This document shows positions 40,300 through 49,672 of a stretch of DNA of 64,000 nt, piece after piece. Within the stretch, counting starts at the first letter, position 1; every line of letters starts with the position of its first letter. A program made the translations under genes and the position numbers. Under the pieces are notes generated by a model, which saw nothing but the letters and a program-made list of their open reading frames with translations, was not told where the DNA came from and ran no database searches. The DNA comes from Rubripirellula sp. (GTDB lineage: Bacteria; Planctomycetota; Planctomycetia; Pirellulales; Pirellulaceae). The DNA lies in contig OZ244207.1 in NCBI GenBank assembly GCA_965216875.1, positions 6,016,001 through 6,080,000 of the forward strand, in the 5' to 3' direction.

Positions 40300-41946
40300 A
40301 TGCTTAAGATCATTCAGTCGCGCTCAGCGACCATCAAGCTAGACGTTCTCTCAGGTCTTACCGTCGCCCTTGCGCTCGTTCCCGAAGCGATTGCATTTGC
40401 CTTTGTCGCTGGCGTCTCGCCCATCATCGGCCTTTACTCGGCGTTCATGATTGGCTTGATCACGTCCATCCTCGGTGGTCGCCCTGGGATGATTTCAGGT
40501 GCAACGGGAGCGATGGCGGTCGTGGTTGTTGGTTTGATCACCATCCACGGAATCGAATACTTGTTCCCCGCTGTGATTCTTTGCGGGCTACTTCAGACCC
40601 TCATCGGGGGGCTGCGGCTGGGAAAACTGATTCGATTGGTGCCGCACCCGGTGATGCTGGGATTCGTCAACGGGCTAGCGATCGTGATCTGTATGGCCCA
40701 ATTCAACAGTTTTCGCACCTATGATGCGACAACCAAATCAATGGCGCTGCTGACTGGCACGCCGATGGCTTGGATGGTCGGCCTTGTCGTTTTGACGATG
40801 GCCATCATCTGGCTTTTACCGAAATGGACTAAGGCGGTACCCGCTTCGCTGGTCGCCATTCTTGCTGTCACTGGATTGTCGATCGCAATCAATGCGCAAG
40901 CATCCAGTGCCGGATCCGAAGGAACGCTCGTTGCCACCGTTGGCGATATGCTGCACAGCAATGCAATGGCTGCTGCAGCAAATCAAGGTGACGCCATCGA
41001 CATGGAAAAGATCGCGAGCGAAACGACGATCTCGGGCGGACTGCCGGTCCCCTTCTTTTTCGATCACGCCTTGCCGCCGATGAACATGGAAACGCTGTGG
41101 ATCATCCTGCCGTTTTCATTGACACTCGCGGGCGTGGGTCTGATCGAATCGCTGATGACGATGACGCTGATCGACGAAATCACCGAAACACGTGGTCGTG
41201 GGAACCGCGAATGTATCGGACAAGGCGTCGCCAACATCGTCTGTGGTTTGTTCGGCGGCATGGGTGGTTGCGCGATGATCGGCCAATCATTGATCAATGT
41301 GAACTCGGGCGGACGGACGCGAATCTCAGGAATCACTGCAGCCGTCTGTTTGCTGTTGTTCGTCCTGTTTTTCGCTCCGTTTATTCAACAGATCCCGATG
41401 GCCGCCTTGGTCGGTGTGATGTTCATGGTCGTCATCGGAACGTTCGAATGGGCGTCGCTTCGAATGTTTCGACGTATGCCACTCAGCGACGTTGGTGTGA
41501 TGATTCTTGTTGCTGGCTACACCGTCTTTATGCATGACCTTGCTTCGGCAGTGATCCTTGGCGTGATCGTTTCAGCTCTGGTCTTTGCCTGGAAACACTC
41601 GCAACACCTTGGTGCTCAAGTTCATCTCAATGAACATGGCAGCAAGATCTACCAGCTTCATGGCCCGCTCTTTTTCGGCAGCGTTGCCCACTTCAAAGAG
41701 ATGTTCGAACCAGCCTGTGACCCCGACGACGTCGTCATCGACTTCTATTACACCCGTGTGTATGACCAATCAGGACTCGAAGCGATCAACATGCTTGCCG
41801 AAAAATACGAAGCGTGCGGAAAACGTCTCCACCTGACGCACCTCAGCACCGAGTGCCGCGATCTGCTCGAGCGAGCTGGCGACTTTGTCGAAGTCAACCT
41901 CTCGGAAGACCCTCAGTACCACATCGCCACCGACCGCCTCGGCTAG
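40300..41946 (+). CDS. SulP/SLC26 anion transporter with STAS domain
   Basis: [45 protein letters not shown]. Confidence 0.95.
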   Translation: MLKIIQSRSATIKLDVLSGLTVALALVPEAIAFAFVAGVSPIIGLYSAFMIGLITSILGGRPGMISGATGAMAVVVVGLITIHGIEYLFPAVILCGLLQTLIGGLRLGKLIRLVPHPVMLGFVNGLAIVICMAQFNSFRTYDATTKSMALLTGTPMAWMVGLVVLTMAIIWLLPKWTKAVPASLVAILAVTGLSIAINAQASSAGSEGTLVATVGDMLHSNAMAAAANQGDAIDMEKIASETTISGGLPVPFFFDHALPPMNMETLWIILPFSLTLAGVGLIESLMTMTLIDEITETRGRGNRECIGQGVANIVCGLFGGMGGCAMIGQSLINVNSGGRTRISGITAAVCLLLFVLFFAPFIQQIPMAALVGVMFMVVIGTFEWASLRMFRRMPLSDVGVMILVAGYTVFMHDLASAVILGVIVSALVFAWKHSQHLGAQVHLNEHGSKIYQLHGPLFFGSVAHFKEMFEPACDPDDVVIDFYYTRVYDQSGLEAINMLAEKYEACGKRLHLTHLSTECRDLLERAGDFVEVNLSEDPQYHIATDRLG

Positions 41947-41950
41947 AGTC

Positions 41951-41990
41951 GTAGGCCGGATCAAGGAGCGACAGCGACGCGGATCCGGCA
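41951..41990 (+). repeat. GTAG-type REP, copy 2
   Basis: GTAGGCCGGATCAAGGAGCGACAGCGACGCGGATCCGGCA. Confidence 0.9.
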
Positions 41991-42042
41991 GTCCTTCAAA
42001 TGTGTCTGGCGAGCGAGGCCACGGCACTGCGCGAGGTTGATC

Positions 42043-42077
42043 TACAAACAACGGCGGCCGGATGAATCCGACCGCCG
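42043..42077 (-). terminator. Probable terminator of the Cys-rich gene pair
   Basis: Minus strand reads CGGCGGTCGGA-TTCA-TCCGGCCGCCG followed by TTGTTTGT. Confidence 0.6.
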
Positions 42078-42111
42078 CTTCGATGATCAACTTAGAATGG
42101 GTGCTTAACGA

Positions 42112-42507
42112 CTAGGCTTCGTCTTCGCACTTTTCACATTTACACTTGCTGCAAGTGCATTCTTCGCAGTCGACGTCATCGTCGCTGCAGCAGGCGCAAC
42201 CGCTTTCGCAGCCTTCACAGCAGCTATCAGCAGCTTCCGCCTTGGTGCATGTGCCGCCGGCGCAACAGGACTTTTCAGCATCGGCATCAGCAGATGCCAA
42301 GGCCTTGTCGTCACAGCCGGTGCACTTGCATGCGGCGCATTGGCAATCATCGCACGACACCGAGTCGTCGGCACAACAGGTGCAACCAACTTCGCATTGG
42401 CCGCAAGCGCAAGCTTCGGGTGAGGCGGGGGTGCGATCAATGAACGCAGCGCCCGCGACAGCTCCTACGACGACAAGCGCGAGGAGCGAGAAAACAAATC
42501 GTGACAT
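42112..42507 (-). CDS. Exported Cys-rich metallothionein-like protein with two 33-aa repeats
   Basis: AAGGAG RBS 7 nt before ATG 42507; hydrophobic signal; 27 Cys in 131 aa in CxC/CC/CxxC patterns. Confidence 0.8.
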   Translation of the reverse strand: MSRFVFSLLALVVVGAVAGAAFIDRTPASPEACACGQCEVGCTCCADDSVSCDDCQCAACKCTGCDDKALASADADAEKSCCAGGTCTKAEAADSCCEGCESGCACCSDDDVDCEECTCSKCKCEKCEDEA

Positions 42508-42625
42508 GGAGAGTCTCCTTCGTGAAATCCCCCAGGTGGATCGATGCAGCATCTGCATGCAAGCAAAGTCTGCATCACAGGGGATCAAAGCAAATTGAAA
42601 TGAAAGTCGATTGATCGGGTTCGAC

Positions 42626-43093
42626 TTATTTCAACCAGCGACAAAGGAGAGAGCAGCGCGCAGAGGCATCATCAACAGGAAGAGATGCCCTCCAATCTGC
42701 AGCCGCGAAATGGGAAGCAGGAGCAGCGACAAGGTGGGGCACGGCCGCCCCGATCCCAGCATCGTCACTATCATCCGATGGGTTTGCTACGGTGCTTGGC
42801 GTTGCTTGGATGACAACGAGCTCACAGCACCGAAGTGCACACGAACAGTCGTCAAGCATCGGATCGGTTTCGGCCGCGACCTTCGCGCCACCGCTTTGGC
42901 AGCAGGCCGATTCGACTTCAGCCGAACAGCAAGCGGACTCGCGTTCGGCCTGATCCGACTGACAACATTCCGCTCCGTCACCACGTTCACAGCAACAATC
43001 GGCTAGCGTGAACGCTGGCCAAAAGCAGAGTGACACCACGGCCAGCCAAGCTGGCAGCAGTCGAATCGCTCGTGGGAGGAAAGTTCGCATCAC
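42626..43093 (-). CDS. Cys-rich hypothetical protein with an N-terminal hydrophobic helix
   Basis: 16 Cys, mostly in CC pairs; ends ARCSLLCRWLK. Confidence 0.7.
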   Translation of the reverse strand: MMRTFLPRAIRLLPAWLAVVSLCFWPAFTLADCCCERGDGAECCQSDQAERESACCSAEVESACCQSGGAKVAAETDPMLDDCSCALRCCELVVIQATPSTVANPSDDSDDAGIGAAVPHLVAAPASHFAAADWRASLPVDDASARCSLLCRWLK

Positions 43094-43260
43094 AATTCAA
43101 TGGTATGCGGTGCAACCAAAACAGTTCAAGACTTTTTCAGATAATGCCCAAAACCCCCAACAATCCGGCAGAAAAAAGGGATCAAGACGCTTTTTGGCGG
43201 GCCAATTAGCTGGAAAAGCAGGCTTGGAGGGCAAAAGAGATCTGCCCCTTTTCCCGCGAC

Positions 43261-44076
43261 TCAAGAGTGTCCTGACACCGTTTTGATGCGGTCAGCGATG
43301 GCCTGGGCCACCAGGGGATCGGGGCCGAGGTAGTCAGACAGCCGAAAGGCGATGTCGGGGAACGACTCAGCCGCTTCGCCAACCTGTCGAGCGATCGCCT
43401 CGAACAGACGCCCCGTAAAGAGTAGGTGCGGGTGGATGATGATTGAATCGTAACGGTCGTCCTCGGCCAGGACAGCAAGCATTTCGACAAGCGATGGGGT
43501 CGCCATCGCATAAAACGCAGTGTGAACTCCAGCAAAACCAAAACGCCTCGCCACCACTTCGCTCAGCACGCGCATGTCTGCCTGAGCACATGCGTCGCGA
43601 TTGCCACGTCCAACCATCAACAATACCGTTCGGTCGGGATCGTGATCAAACGCCGAGGCCGTCTCTTCGAGCCGTTTGACGATCAGATCGATCATCGCAC
43701 GGTGGCGTGAGATCGGGCGACTGTAGCGTACGGTCGGTGGTGACCACGACTTGATCCTCTCGGCCGACTCGCCCTGGCACCGAGCAATGATGCCGGGGAT
43801 ATCCTCCTTTGCATGGCCAGCCGCAAACAGAAGCAATGGCGCGACACAAATCTCGCTGACGCCACCGTCGATCAAGTCATGCCAGACTTCCGAAATCGTC
43901 GGACGCTGAAACTCAAGCAGGCAGGCACCAACCGGCAATGGATCGAGTTGCTCTGAAAGAAGTTCGCCGAGCTCAAAAAACTGGCGCGTCCCTTCTTCGT
44001 CCCGCGTGCCGTGGCCAACAAGAATCACGGCAGACTTGGTCTCGGCTTGAAGTTTGCTCGGATGCAATTCATTCAC
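43261..44076 (-). CDS. Sirohydrochlorin chelatase (SirB/CbiX family)
   Basis: LVGHGTR, LEFQRPTI, PLLLFAAGHAKEDIP, VGRGNRD, PHLLFTG. Confidence 0.9.
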   Translation of the reverse strand: MNELHPSKLQAETKSAVILVGHGTRDEEGTRQFFELGELLSEQLDPLPVGACLLEFQRPTISEVWHDLIDGGVSEICVAPLLLFAAGHAKEDIPGIIARCQGESAERIKSWSPPTVRYSRPISRHRAMIDLIVKRLEETASAFDHDPDRTVLLMVGRGNRDACAQADMRVLSEVVARRFGFAGVHTAFYAMATPSLVEMLAVLAEDDRYDSIIIHPHLLFTGRLFEAIARQVGEAAESFPDIAFRLSDYLGPDPLVAQAIADRIKTVSGHS

Positions 44077-44158
44077 TTCGGAAAGATTGTCGATGCGTCA
44101 CGTCCCTTGGTGCTTTGAAATTCCGTTTCACCCAGGGACGGCTACCGAGCATCGATCG

Positions 44159-44545
44159 TTACTCGACCAGGTCCGAGTCCTTGAAGCCCTTGGCATTCAG
44201 ACTGGCTAATGCAGCGTCGAGATCAAAGCCGGCCTCGTAAGCAACGACGACTTGCCGGTTATCGATCGTCCCTTCTTCCTTTTGCTCGTCGAGTTCCACC
44301 GATGTCACGGCTTCAGCCCCTTCAAGCGTCGTCTTCACTTTAGGGTAGCAGGCAAACTCGCAGTGCATTGCCGGCACACTGATCGTGAGTGTGCCAGCTT
44401 CTTCCATCACGCGATGACTTGCTGCAGTCACCTTCGGCTCTGCGGTTGCGGCTGCCTGATCGTTCTCGCCGGGTACGGTGGCGATTGCGATCATGATTCC
44501 AACAGCCGCTAAAACGGCGACGATATACGCCATCGCTTTCATCAA
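44159..44545 (-). CDS. Membrane-anchored or exported heavy-metal-associated (HMA) domain protein
   Basis: N-terminal hydrophobic helix; TISVPAMHCEFACYPKVKTTL. Confidence 0.8.
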   Translation of the reverse strand: MMKAMAYIVAVLAAVGIMIAIATVPGENDQAAATAEPKVTAASHRVMEEAGTLTISVPAMHCEFACYPKVKTTLEGAEAVTSVELDEQKEEGTIDNRQVVVAYEAGFDLDAALASLNAKGFKDSDLVE

Positions 44546-44807
44546 AAAACTCCAGTCATGTCAGGTAGTGAATCGAGCAACGAAGACTCTGTATTTCTTA
44601 TTTGAGCCTCGACCAACACAGGATGCTCAACGCAGAGAAATTCGGCAACCCGGATGATGAGTTTCACGCCGTTTTGGAGCGGCGCAAAACTGTGCAATCT
44701 GCAATGTATTCGTCTTGACGCCCGCGCGAAGAATTGCGGAATGTCCGCTCAGGATTTCGCCACTTTAGGAAATCCGCGGAAAAACTTCGAAAATCACGGA
44801 GCTTGTT

Positions 44808-46112
44808 TTGAAGTCGCGCCTTATCGCCGCACTTGCGATCGCAATGTGCTTTTGCACACACTTCGCATCCGCACAGCAGCCTATTCCGACCATTTGGCAG
44901 GGTGAATATGGGCCTACGATGCTGGTCAACAACACCGTCGCGCTGCCCGATCCCTACGCCACCGTGGGCGTCCCATCCCAAGCACCTTGGACTGGACTTT
45001 CGCTGATCCCTGCGCAAGCGCCGACCCAAGACCGCGTCTGGTACCGCATCGAGTATTTGCGTTGGAAAACCGACGGCATGGATGTCCCCGCACTGGTCAC
45101 GACCAGTCCTGCCGGGACGCCTCAAAACCAAGCAGGCGTGCTTGGCCAGCCCGATACAAGTGTGCTGTTTGGTGCAGGTGAATTGAACGGCAGTGCGGTC
45201 AACGGCATTCGAACCAACAGTGGTTATTGGTTCCGTGGCGGTCGCTGGGCACTGGAAACCGAGTTCTTCAAGCTTGCCAGGCAGAATGACGCCTTCGCGC
45301 GTTCAAGTGACGGGTCGGTCATTCTGGCTCGACCCTACTTCAATGTTCTCACTGGCGCTCAAGATGCATTTCAAATCGCTTACCCCGGATCGACCTCGGG
45401 AGCTTTGCAGGTCTTTTCCGATACCAAATTGCGATCGTTCATGATCAACGGTCGTGTCGCGATGCTGCCTCGCGGGCCCGTCTGCGATCCCTGCGGCCAA
45501 CCCGTGCCTCAAGATCAACTCAGTCTGCTCATCGGTTATCGCTACGCGAAACTCGAAGACCGACTCTCGTTTGCACATAACCGCGACACGCTTCCACCTG
45601 CGGCTGCTCGAAGTGAAGTGGTTTCGGAAGCGTTTGAAACTCGCAATGACTTCGGTGGTTTGCAACTTGGTTTTGTTCACCAAAAGAACTTCCGCCGCGT
45701 TTGGCTTGAATCCATGGTTCGGGTCGCCGTTGGAAACAACCGTCAACGCGCCTACATCCGTGGAACCACGACGATCACTGATGGAGCGGGTACGAGCAAC
45801 AACGTCGGAGGTGTCTTGGCACAACGCACCAACACTGGCGTCTTCAAACGTAATCGCTTCACGATGCTGCCCGAGGTGGGACTGACGCTTGGCATCCGAG
45901 CCACCGACCGACTGCACGCCACGATTGGCTATTCCGTCTTTTACCTACCGAACGTGATTCGGGCTGGCGACTTGGTCGACACCGACGCGAACCCAAACCT
46001 GTTCCCACCAGAAACGGTACCGTTCTCCGGCGCACTGCGTCCAAGATTTCGATTCATCGATTCGGACTACTACGCACACGGCTTGAACGTCGGCGGCGAA
46101 TTCCGCTTCTAG
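44808..46112 (+). CDS. Outer-membrane beta-barrel protein (planctomycete BBP7/DUF1551-like)
   Basis: Signal peptide, EYLRW..PALVTTSP, LARPYFN, amphipathic strands, terminal GGEFRF. Confidence 0.85.
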   Translation: MKSRLIAALAIAMCFCTHFASAQQPIPTIWQGEYGPTMLVNNTVALPDPYATVGVPSQAPWTGLSLIPAQAPTQDRVWYRIEYLRWKTDGMDVPALVTTSPAGTPQNQAGVLGQPDTSVLFGAGELNGSAVNGIRTNSGYWFRGGRWALETEFFKLARQNDAFARSSDGSVILARPYFNVLTGAQDAFQIAYPGSTSGALQVFSDTKLRSFMINGRVAMLPRGPVCDPCGQPVPQDQLSLLIGYRYAKLEDRLSFAHNRDTLPPAAARSEVVSEAFETRNDFGGLQLGFVHQKNFRRVWLESMVRVAVGNNRQRAYIRGTTTITDGAGTSNNVGGVLAQRTNTGVFKRNRFTMLPEVGLTLGIRATDRLHATIGYSVFYLPNVIRAGDLVDTDANPNLFPPETVPFSGALRPRFRFIDSDYYAHGLNVGGEFRF

Positions 46113-46115
46113 CAA

Positions 46116-46155
46116 GTAGGCCGGATCAAGGAGCAACAGCGACGCAGATCCGGCA
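46116..46155 (+). repeat. GTAG-type REP, copy 3
   Basis: GTAGGCCGGATCAAGGAGCAACAGCGACGCAGATCCGGCA. Confidence 0.9.
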
Positions 46156-46176
46156 AGATCAATACGCGGTCCACGC

Positions 46177-46413
46177 CTGAGCCGTACGCGCTAGCGTCGC
46201 GGGTTGGAGTCCAACAATCACCCTCCCGCTTGCGGGAGGGTCGGACGCAAAGTCCGGGGAGGGAACGCTCTCTAATCATGCAACCCTCTCCGGGCCTTAG
46301 AGCCCGACTCTCCCAAGGGAGAGTTTCAACATGCGCAGTTTCGAAGCCTGGTGGAAACGCAATTGCAGTCTGTAGCGTTAGCGTAGGGCCCGACGCTCGC
46401 GCGTTCGGCTCAG
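46177..46413. repeat. Nested element: TGAGCCG-family arms enclosing a reversed ~115-bp palindromic element (46210-46324)
   Basis: Left arm CTGAGCCGTACGCGCTAGCGTCG, right arm GGCCCGACGCTCGCGCGTTCGGCTCAG; the insert matches 49673-49782 in reverse. Confidence 0.88.
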
Positions 46414-47564
46414 GCGCGCAACACCAATAGCGATAGCTCGGGGCGACAATTGATCCGCATCAGATGCACGGCCCCAAGTCCTCTCGTCACGTGCAGCGTC
46501 GTCGGTGTCCGATAAAAATCACCCGATGCGTACCGACTGCCATGAAAACTTGGGCTGAGCAACGGTCCGGCCAACGGCAGACGCCCCTGGCCTCCGTGAG
46601 TGTGCCCTGCCAACATCAATGTGACGTCGTGCTCGCGAGCCCATGAAAACTGATCGGGGCTATGACTGAGCAGCAACCGCATCTGCTCATCACCGCGATC
46701 CTTATCAAGGGTCGGACGATCAAACCAAGGATGCTCGTTGCCGATCAACATGACGGGCACACCGCCAAGTGAAACATGCTTGGTTCGACCTCCGACATCC
46801 ACCCAACCCGCCTGCTCCATCGCACTGCGTGTGTCGCGTGGATCGGCGATTCGAGTGTCGTGGTTCCCCAATACAAAATAGCAACCGTCCGGCGCCGAAA
46901 CGCCTGCGAAAAGATCATCAATCCACCCGACACACTCTTGGGTGTCGATGATGTCTCCGGTGAGCGCGACCATATGTGGATTCCACTCCATCGCGCGCTG
47001 GACCGTATAGCGCATGTAGTCCGGTTTCACGTCACCAGTCAGATGGATGTCTGACAAATGAGCGATTCGGTAACCATCGAGGGCCGCTGGCAACCCAACA
47101 ACGGGAAGTTCGATCGTTTCGACCGATAGCTCAAAGATTTGATTGAGCGGCAGCGAGGCTTCGTATTTGCACTGCCGGGTTGCCGCGAGCGATATGCCAA
47201 CTTCCCTTTCAACGTTGACTGCCTCGACTTGGCGTTTTGCGTCAACCCATTCGATTCCCCAAAGGGGTCGCCAAAGCAACCAGGGCACACCCAGCACGAT
47301 CCATGCAGCCAGGCAAAGCCAAGAGTAGCCAAGCAACATGATCGGCAAGTCCGATTCGCCAGCAAGCCAACCGCCCCAAGATCGCCAAAAAAGCACGACG
47401 ATGATTGGCAGCACCAGCGCGTTGACGAAGAAGACCTTCACCATCCGCTTGACGCGTTTGCGTGGCCAGCCAAAACCGTTCACGCGGTTGTAGATCGCAA
47501 GGTGCAGCCCGAAATGGCCAATCACGACTGCAATCATCAGCAGGTATCGAATCCATGGGTCCAT
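46410..47564 (-). CDS. Membrane-anchored metallophosphoesterase (YkuE/YaeI-like)
   Basis: SDIH, TGD, LGNHD, LSHSPD, AGHTHGGQ. Confidence 0.93.
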   Translation of the reverse strand: MDPWIRYLLMIAVVIGHFGLHLAIYNRVNGFGWPRKRVKRMVKVFFVNALVLPIIVVLFWRSWGGWLAGESDLPIMLLGYSWLCLAAWIVLGVPWLLWRPLWGIEWVDAKRQVEAVNVEREVGISLAATRQCKYEASLPLNQIFELSVETIELPVVGLPAALDGYRIAHLSDIHLTGDVKPDYMRYTVQRAMEWNPHMVALTGDIIDTQECVGWIDDLFAGVSAPDGCYFVLGNHDTRIADPRDTRSAMEQAGWVDVGGRTKHVSLGGVPVMLIGNEHPWFDRPTLDKDRGDEQMRLLLSHSPDQFSWAREHDVTLMLAGHTHGGQGRLPLAGPLLSPSFHGSRYASGDFYRTPTTLHVTRGLGAVHLMRINCRPELSLLVLRA

Positions 47565-47628
47565 CAGCGATACCCACGACGTCGTGGCGATGATTCAAAC
47601 AAACAACTACGGACCATCGTCATTCGCA

Positions 47629-48138
47629 TCACAGCGCTTTTGGACGCATGAAGTGCATCAGTGTTGTCGGTGACGCCCATCGCAGCTCACACCACTGTTC
47701 GATCTCAACTTGAAAGATCGCGATTGCAGCGGTCGGCATGTCCATCGACTCATCAGCTAGTTCCGAGACCAAATAGGCTGTCCCCGGATTATGAGCGACC
47801 AACATCAAACACTCGGATGGGTCCCCGTGAGTCATCGCGACATCGAGCATCGTATCGGGCCGAGATAAGTACAGATCCTCGCGAAACGAAATCTGTGGCG
47901 ATTCATTCCACCGAGGCGTCATCAAGGCGACCGTCTCCTGAGTCCTCAGCGAGGAGGACGACAGGATCCGATCTGGAACGAGCTCCAAACCGGCCAGCCA
48001 ATCAGCCATTCGTGGTGCGGCATCGCGCCCCCGTGCGTTGAGTGGGCGATCGTGATCGCTAAGCGACGGATCGGCCCAATCGCTCTTGGCGTGTCGCATC
48101 AGGATCAGTGTTTTGGTCACTTTGGCGTCTTTTGTCAC
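47629..48138 (-). CDS. SixA-type histidine phosphatase
   Basis: MRHAKSDW, DHDRPLNARG, VAHNPG. Confidence 0.92.
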   Translation of the reverse strand: MTKDAKVTKTLILMRHAKSDWADPSLSDHDRPLNARGRDAAPRMADWLAGLELVPDRILSSSSLRTQETVALMTPRWNESPQISFREDLYLSRPDTMLDVAMTHGDPSECLMLVAHNPGTAYLVSELADESMDMPTAAIAIFQVEIEQWCELRWASPTTLMHFMRPKAL

Positions 48139-48342
48139 GGTTTGGCCATTACCCTAAGGTCAACTCTATTTCTAAGTCCAAATCGGCATTGTGAGCGTAA
48201 CATGCAGCCGACGCAAAGTACGCCTTCGGCAACGATTGCTATACTGCTTTGACAAATTTGGACGTCTTTTGCTGAACGCCGGGCTTCAAATCGCCGGTCG
48301 CTCTCAAAGCCTACATGCCTCACTTGTCCTGCTGGAAAATCG

Positions 48343-49671
48343 ATGAACCGTCTGACCTCATGTTTCGCGTTGGCCTGCTGTCTGCTCGTCACCTCCACTG
48401 CTCTTGCCGACAACTGGTCAGGCTGGATGGGCAACCAACGAGACGGAGTTTACCGCGAAACGGGCATTATCGACGAGGTGCCTTCGTCGGGGCTTGACGT
48501 CAAATGGCGAAAAGAGATTCATGGCGGATACGCGGGGCCCGCGGCTGCTGATGGCCGTGTCTTTGTGTTCGACTACGAAAAAGAATCGGGCAAGTCGTTT
48601 AACAATCCTGGTCAACGTGCCAACCTGAAGGGGAAAGAACGACTGACCGCCTTCGATTGGGAATCGGGCGAGCAGCTTTGGCAACACACTTACTCGTGCC
48701 CCTACAGCGTTTCCTACCCAGCTGGTCCACGATGCACGCCAACGGTCGATGGCGATCACGTCTACATCCTTGGTAGTGAAGGTGACCTGACCTGCCTTCG
48801 CGCGAGTGACGGTGATGTGATCTGGCATCGTCAACTCAAGAACGAATTCCAACTCGACGTGCCAATTTGGGGCTTCAGCTCGCATCCGCTAATCGATGGC
48901 GACTTGCTATACACCATGGTCGGTGGCCCAGGCCAAGGCATCGCCGCGTTTGACAAGAAATCGGGTGAAGTGCGTTGGAAAGCGCTCGATTGCAAGACCG
49001 GTTACTGCCCTCCCTCAATCATCAATGCCGGCGGCACACGTCAGTTGATCGTCTTTCATCCCGAAGGGATCGACAGCCTCGATCCATCGAACGGATCCAA
49101 GTATTGGAACATCGACGTCGAGCCTTCATACGAAATGTCGATCACTCGACCGATGGTCGAAGGCAATTTGATGTTCGTCAGTTCGATTCACAAGGAAGCG
49201 GTCCTGATCGAACTCGGCAAAAGCTCACCGACAGCCGAAGTGCGTTGGCGAGGCCAGCCGAAGAATGCCGTTCATTGTGCCAACAGCACCCCTTTGTTCG
49301 TTGGCGGTGTCATCTACGGAACCGACTGCAACGAAGGTTCACTGATCGCCGTCGACAGCAAAGATGGCTCGCGGTTGTGGACCACCTTTGAAGCAACCAA
49401 GCCAGGCGAAAAGCGTTTCATCAAGCATGGCACCGCGTTCCTGACCCGGGTTGGTCAGTCGGACCGATACTTGATCATGAGCGAAACGGGCGATCTGCAA
49501 ATGGCCAAGTTAACCAGTGATGGATTCGACGACCTCGGTCGCTTTCATGTTCTCGAGCCCACCAGCGAATGCTTTGGACGAGACGTCGTCTGGAGCCATC
49601 CGGCCTATGCCAACCAAACCGCATTCGTGCGCAACGACAAAGAAATCGTCGCCGTCAGTTTGGCCAAATAG
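48343..49671 (+). CDS. PQQ-like beta-propeller repeat protein (planctomycete type)
   Basis: Signal peptide, NWSGWMG, GPRCTPTV, SSHPLI, WSHPAYA. Confidence 0.9.
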   Translation: MNRLTSCFALACCLLVTSTALADNWSGWMGNQRDGVYRETGIIDEVPSSGLDVKWRKEIHGGYAGPAAADGRVFVFDYEKESGKSFNNPGQRANLKGKERLTAFDWESGEQLWQHTYSCPYSVSYPAGPRCTPTVDGDHVYILGSEGDLTCLRASDGDVIWHRQLKNEFQLDVPIWGFSSHPLIDGDLLYTMVGGPGQGIAAFDKKSGEVRWKALDCKTGYCPPSIINAGGTRQLIVFHPEGIDSLDPSNGSKYWNIDVEPSYEMSITRPMVEGNLMFVSSIHKEAVLIELGKSSPTAEVRWRGQPKNAVHCANSTPLFVGGVIYGTDCNEGSLIAVDSKDGSRLWTTFEATKPGEKRFIKHGTAFLTRVGQSDRYLIMSETGDLQMAKLTSDGFDDLGRFHVLEPTSECFGRDVVWSHPAYANQTAFVRNDKEIVAVSLAK

Positions 49672-49672
49672 C

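Noticed and set aside
42112..42507. The Cys-rich peptide as RiPP precursor for the RRE-M50 system or for a radical SAM enzyme
   Set aside because: It lies 9 kb away on the other strand, has a Sec-type signal, and the only radical SAM gene in the window is lipA
42146..42598. 150-aa Gln/Ser-rich plus-strand ORF
   Set aside because: Antisense to the Cys-rich gene, which has the RBS, signal peptide, internal repeat and terminator
43094..43260. Cobalamin riboswitch or Fur/Zur box near the chelatase
   Set aside because: No B12-box or convincing 7-1-7 palindrome seen; only degenerate A/T-flanked short inverted repeats
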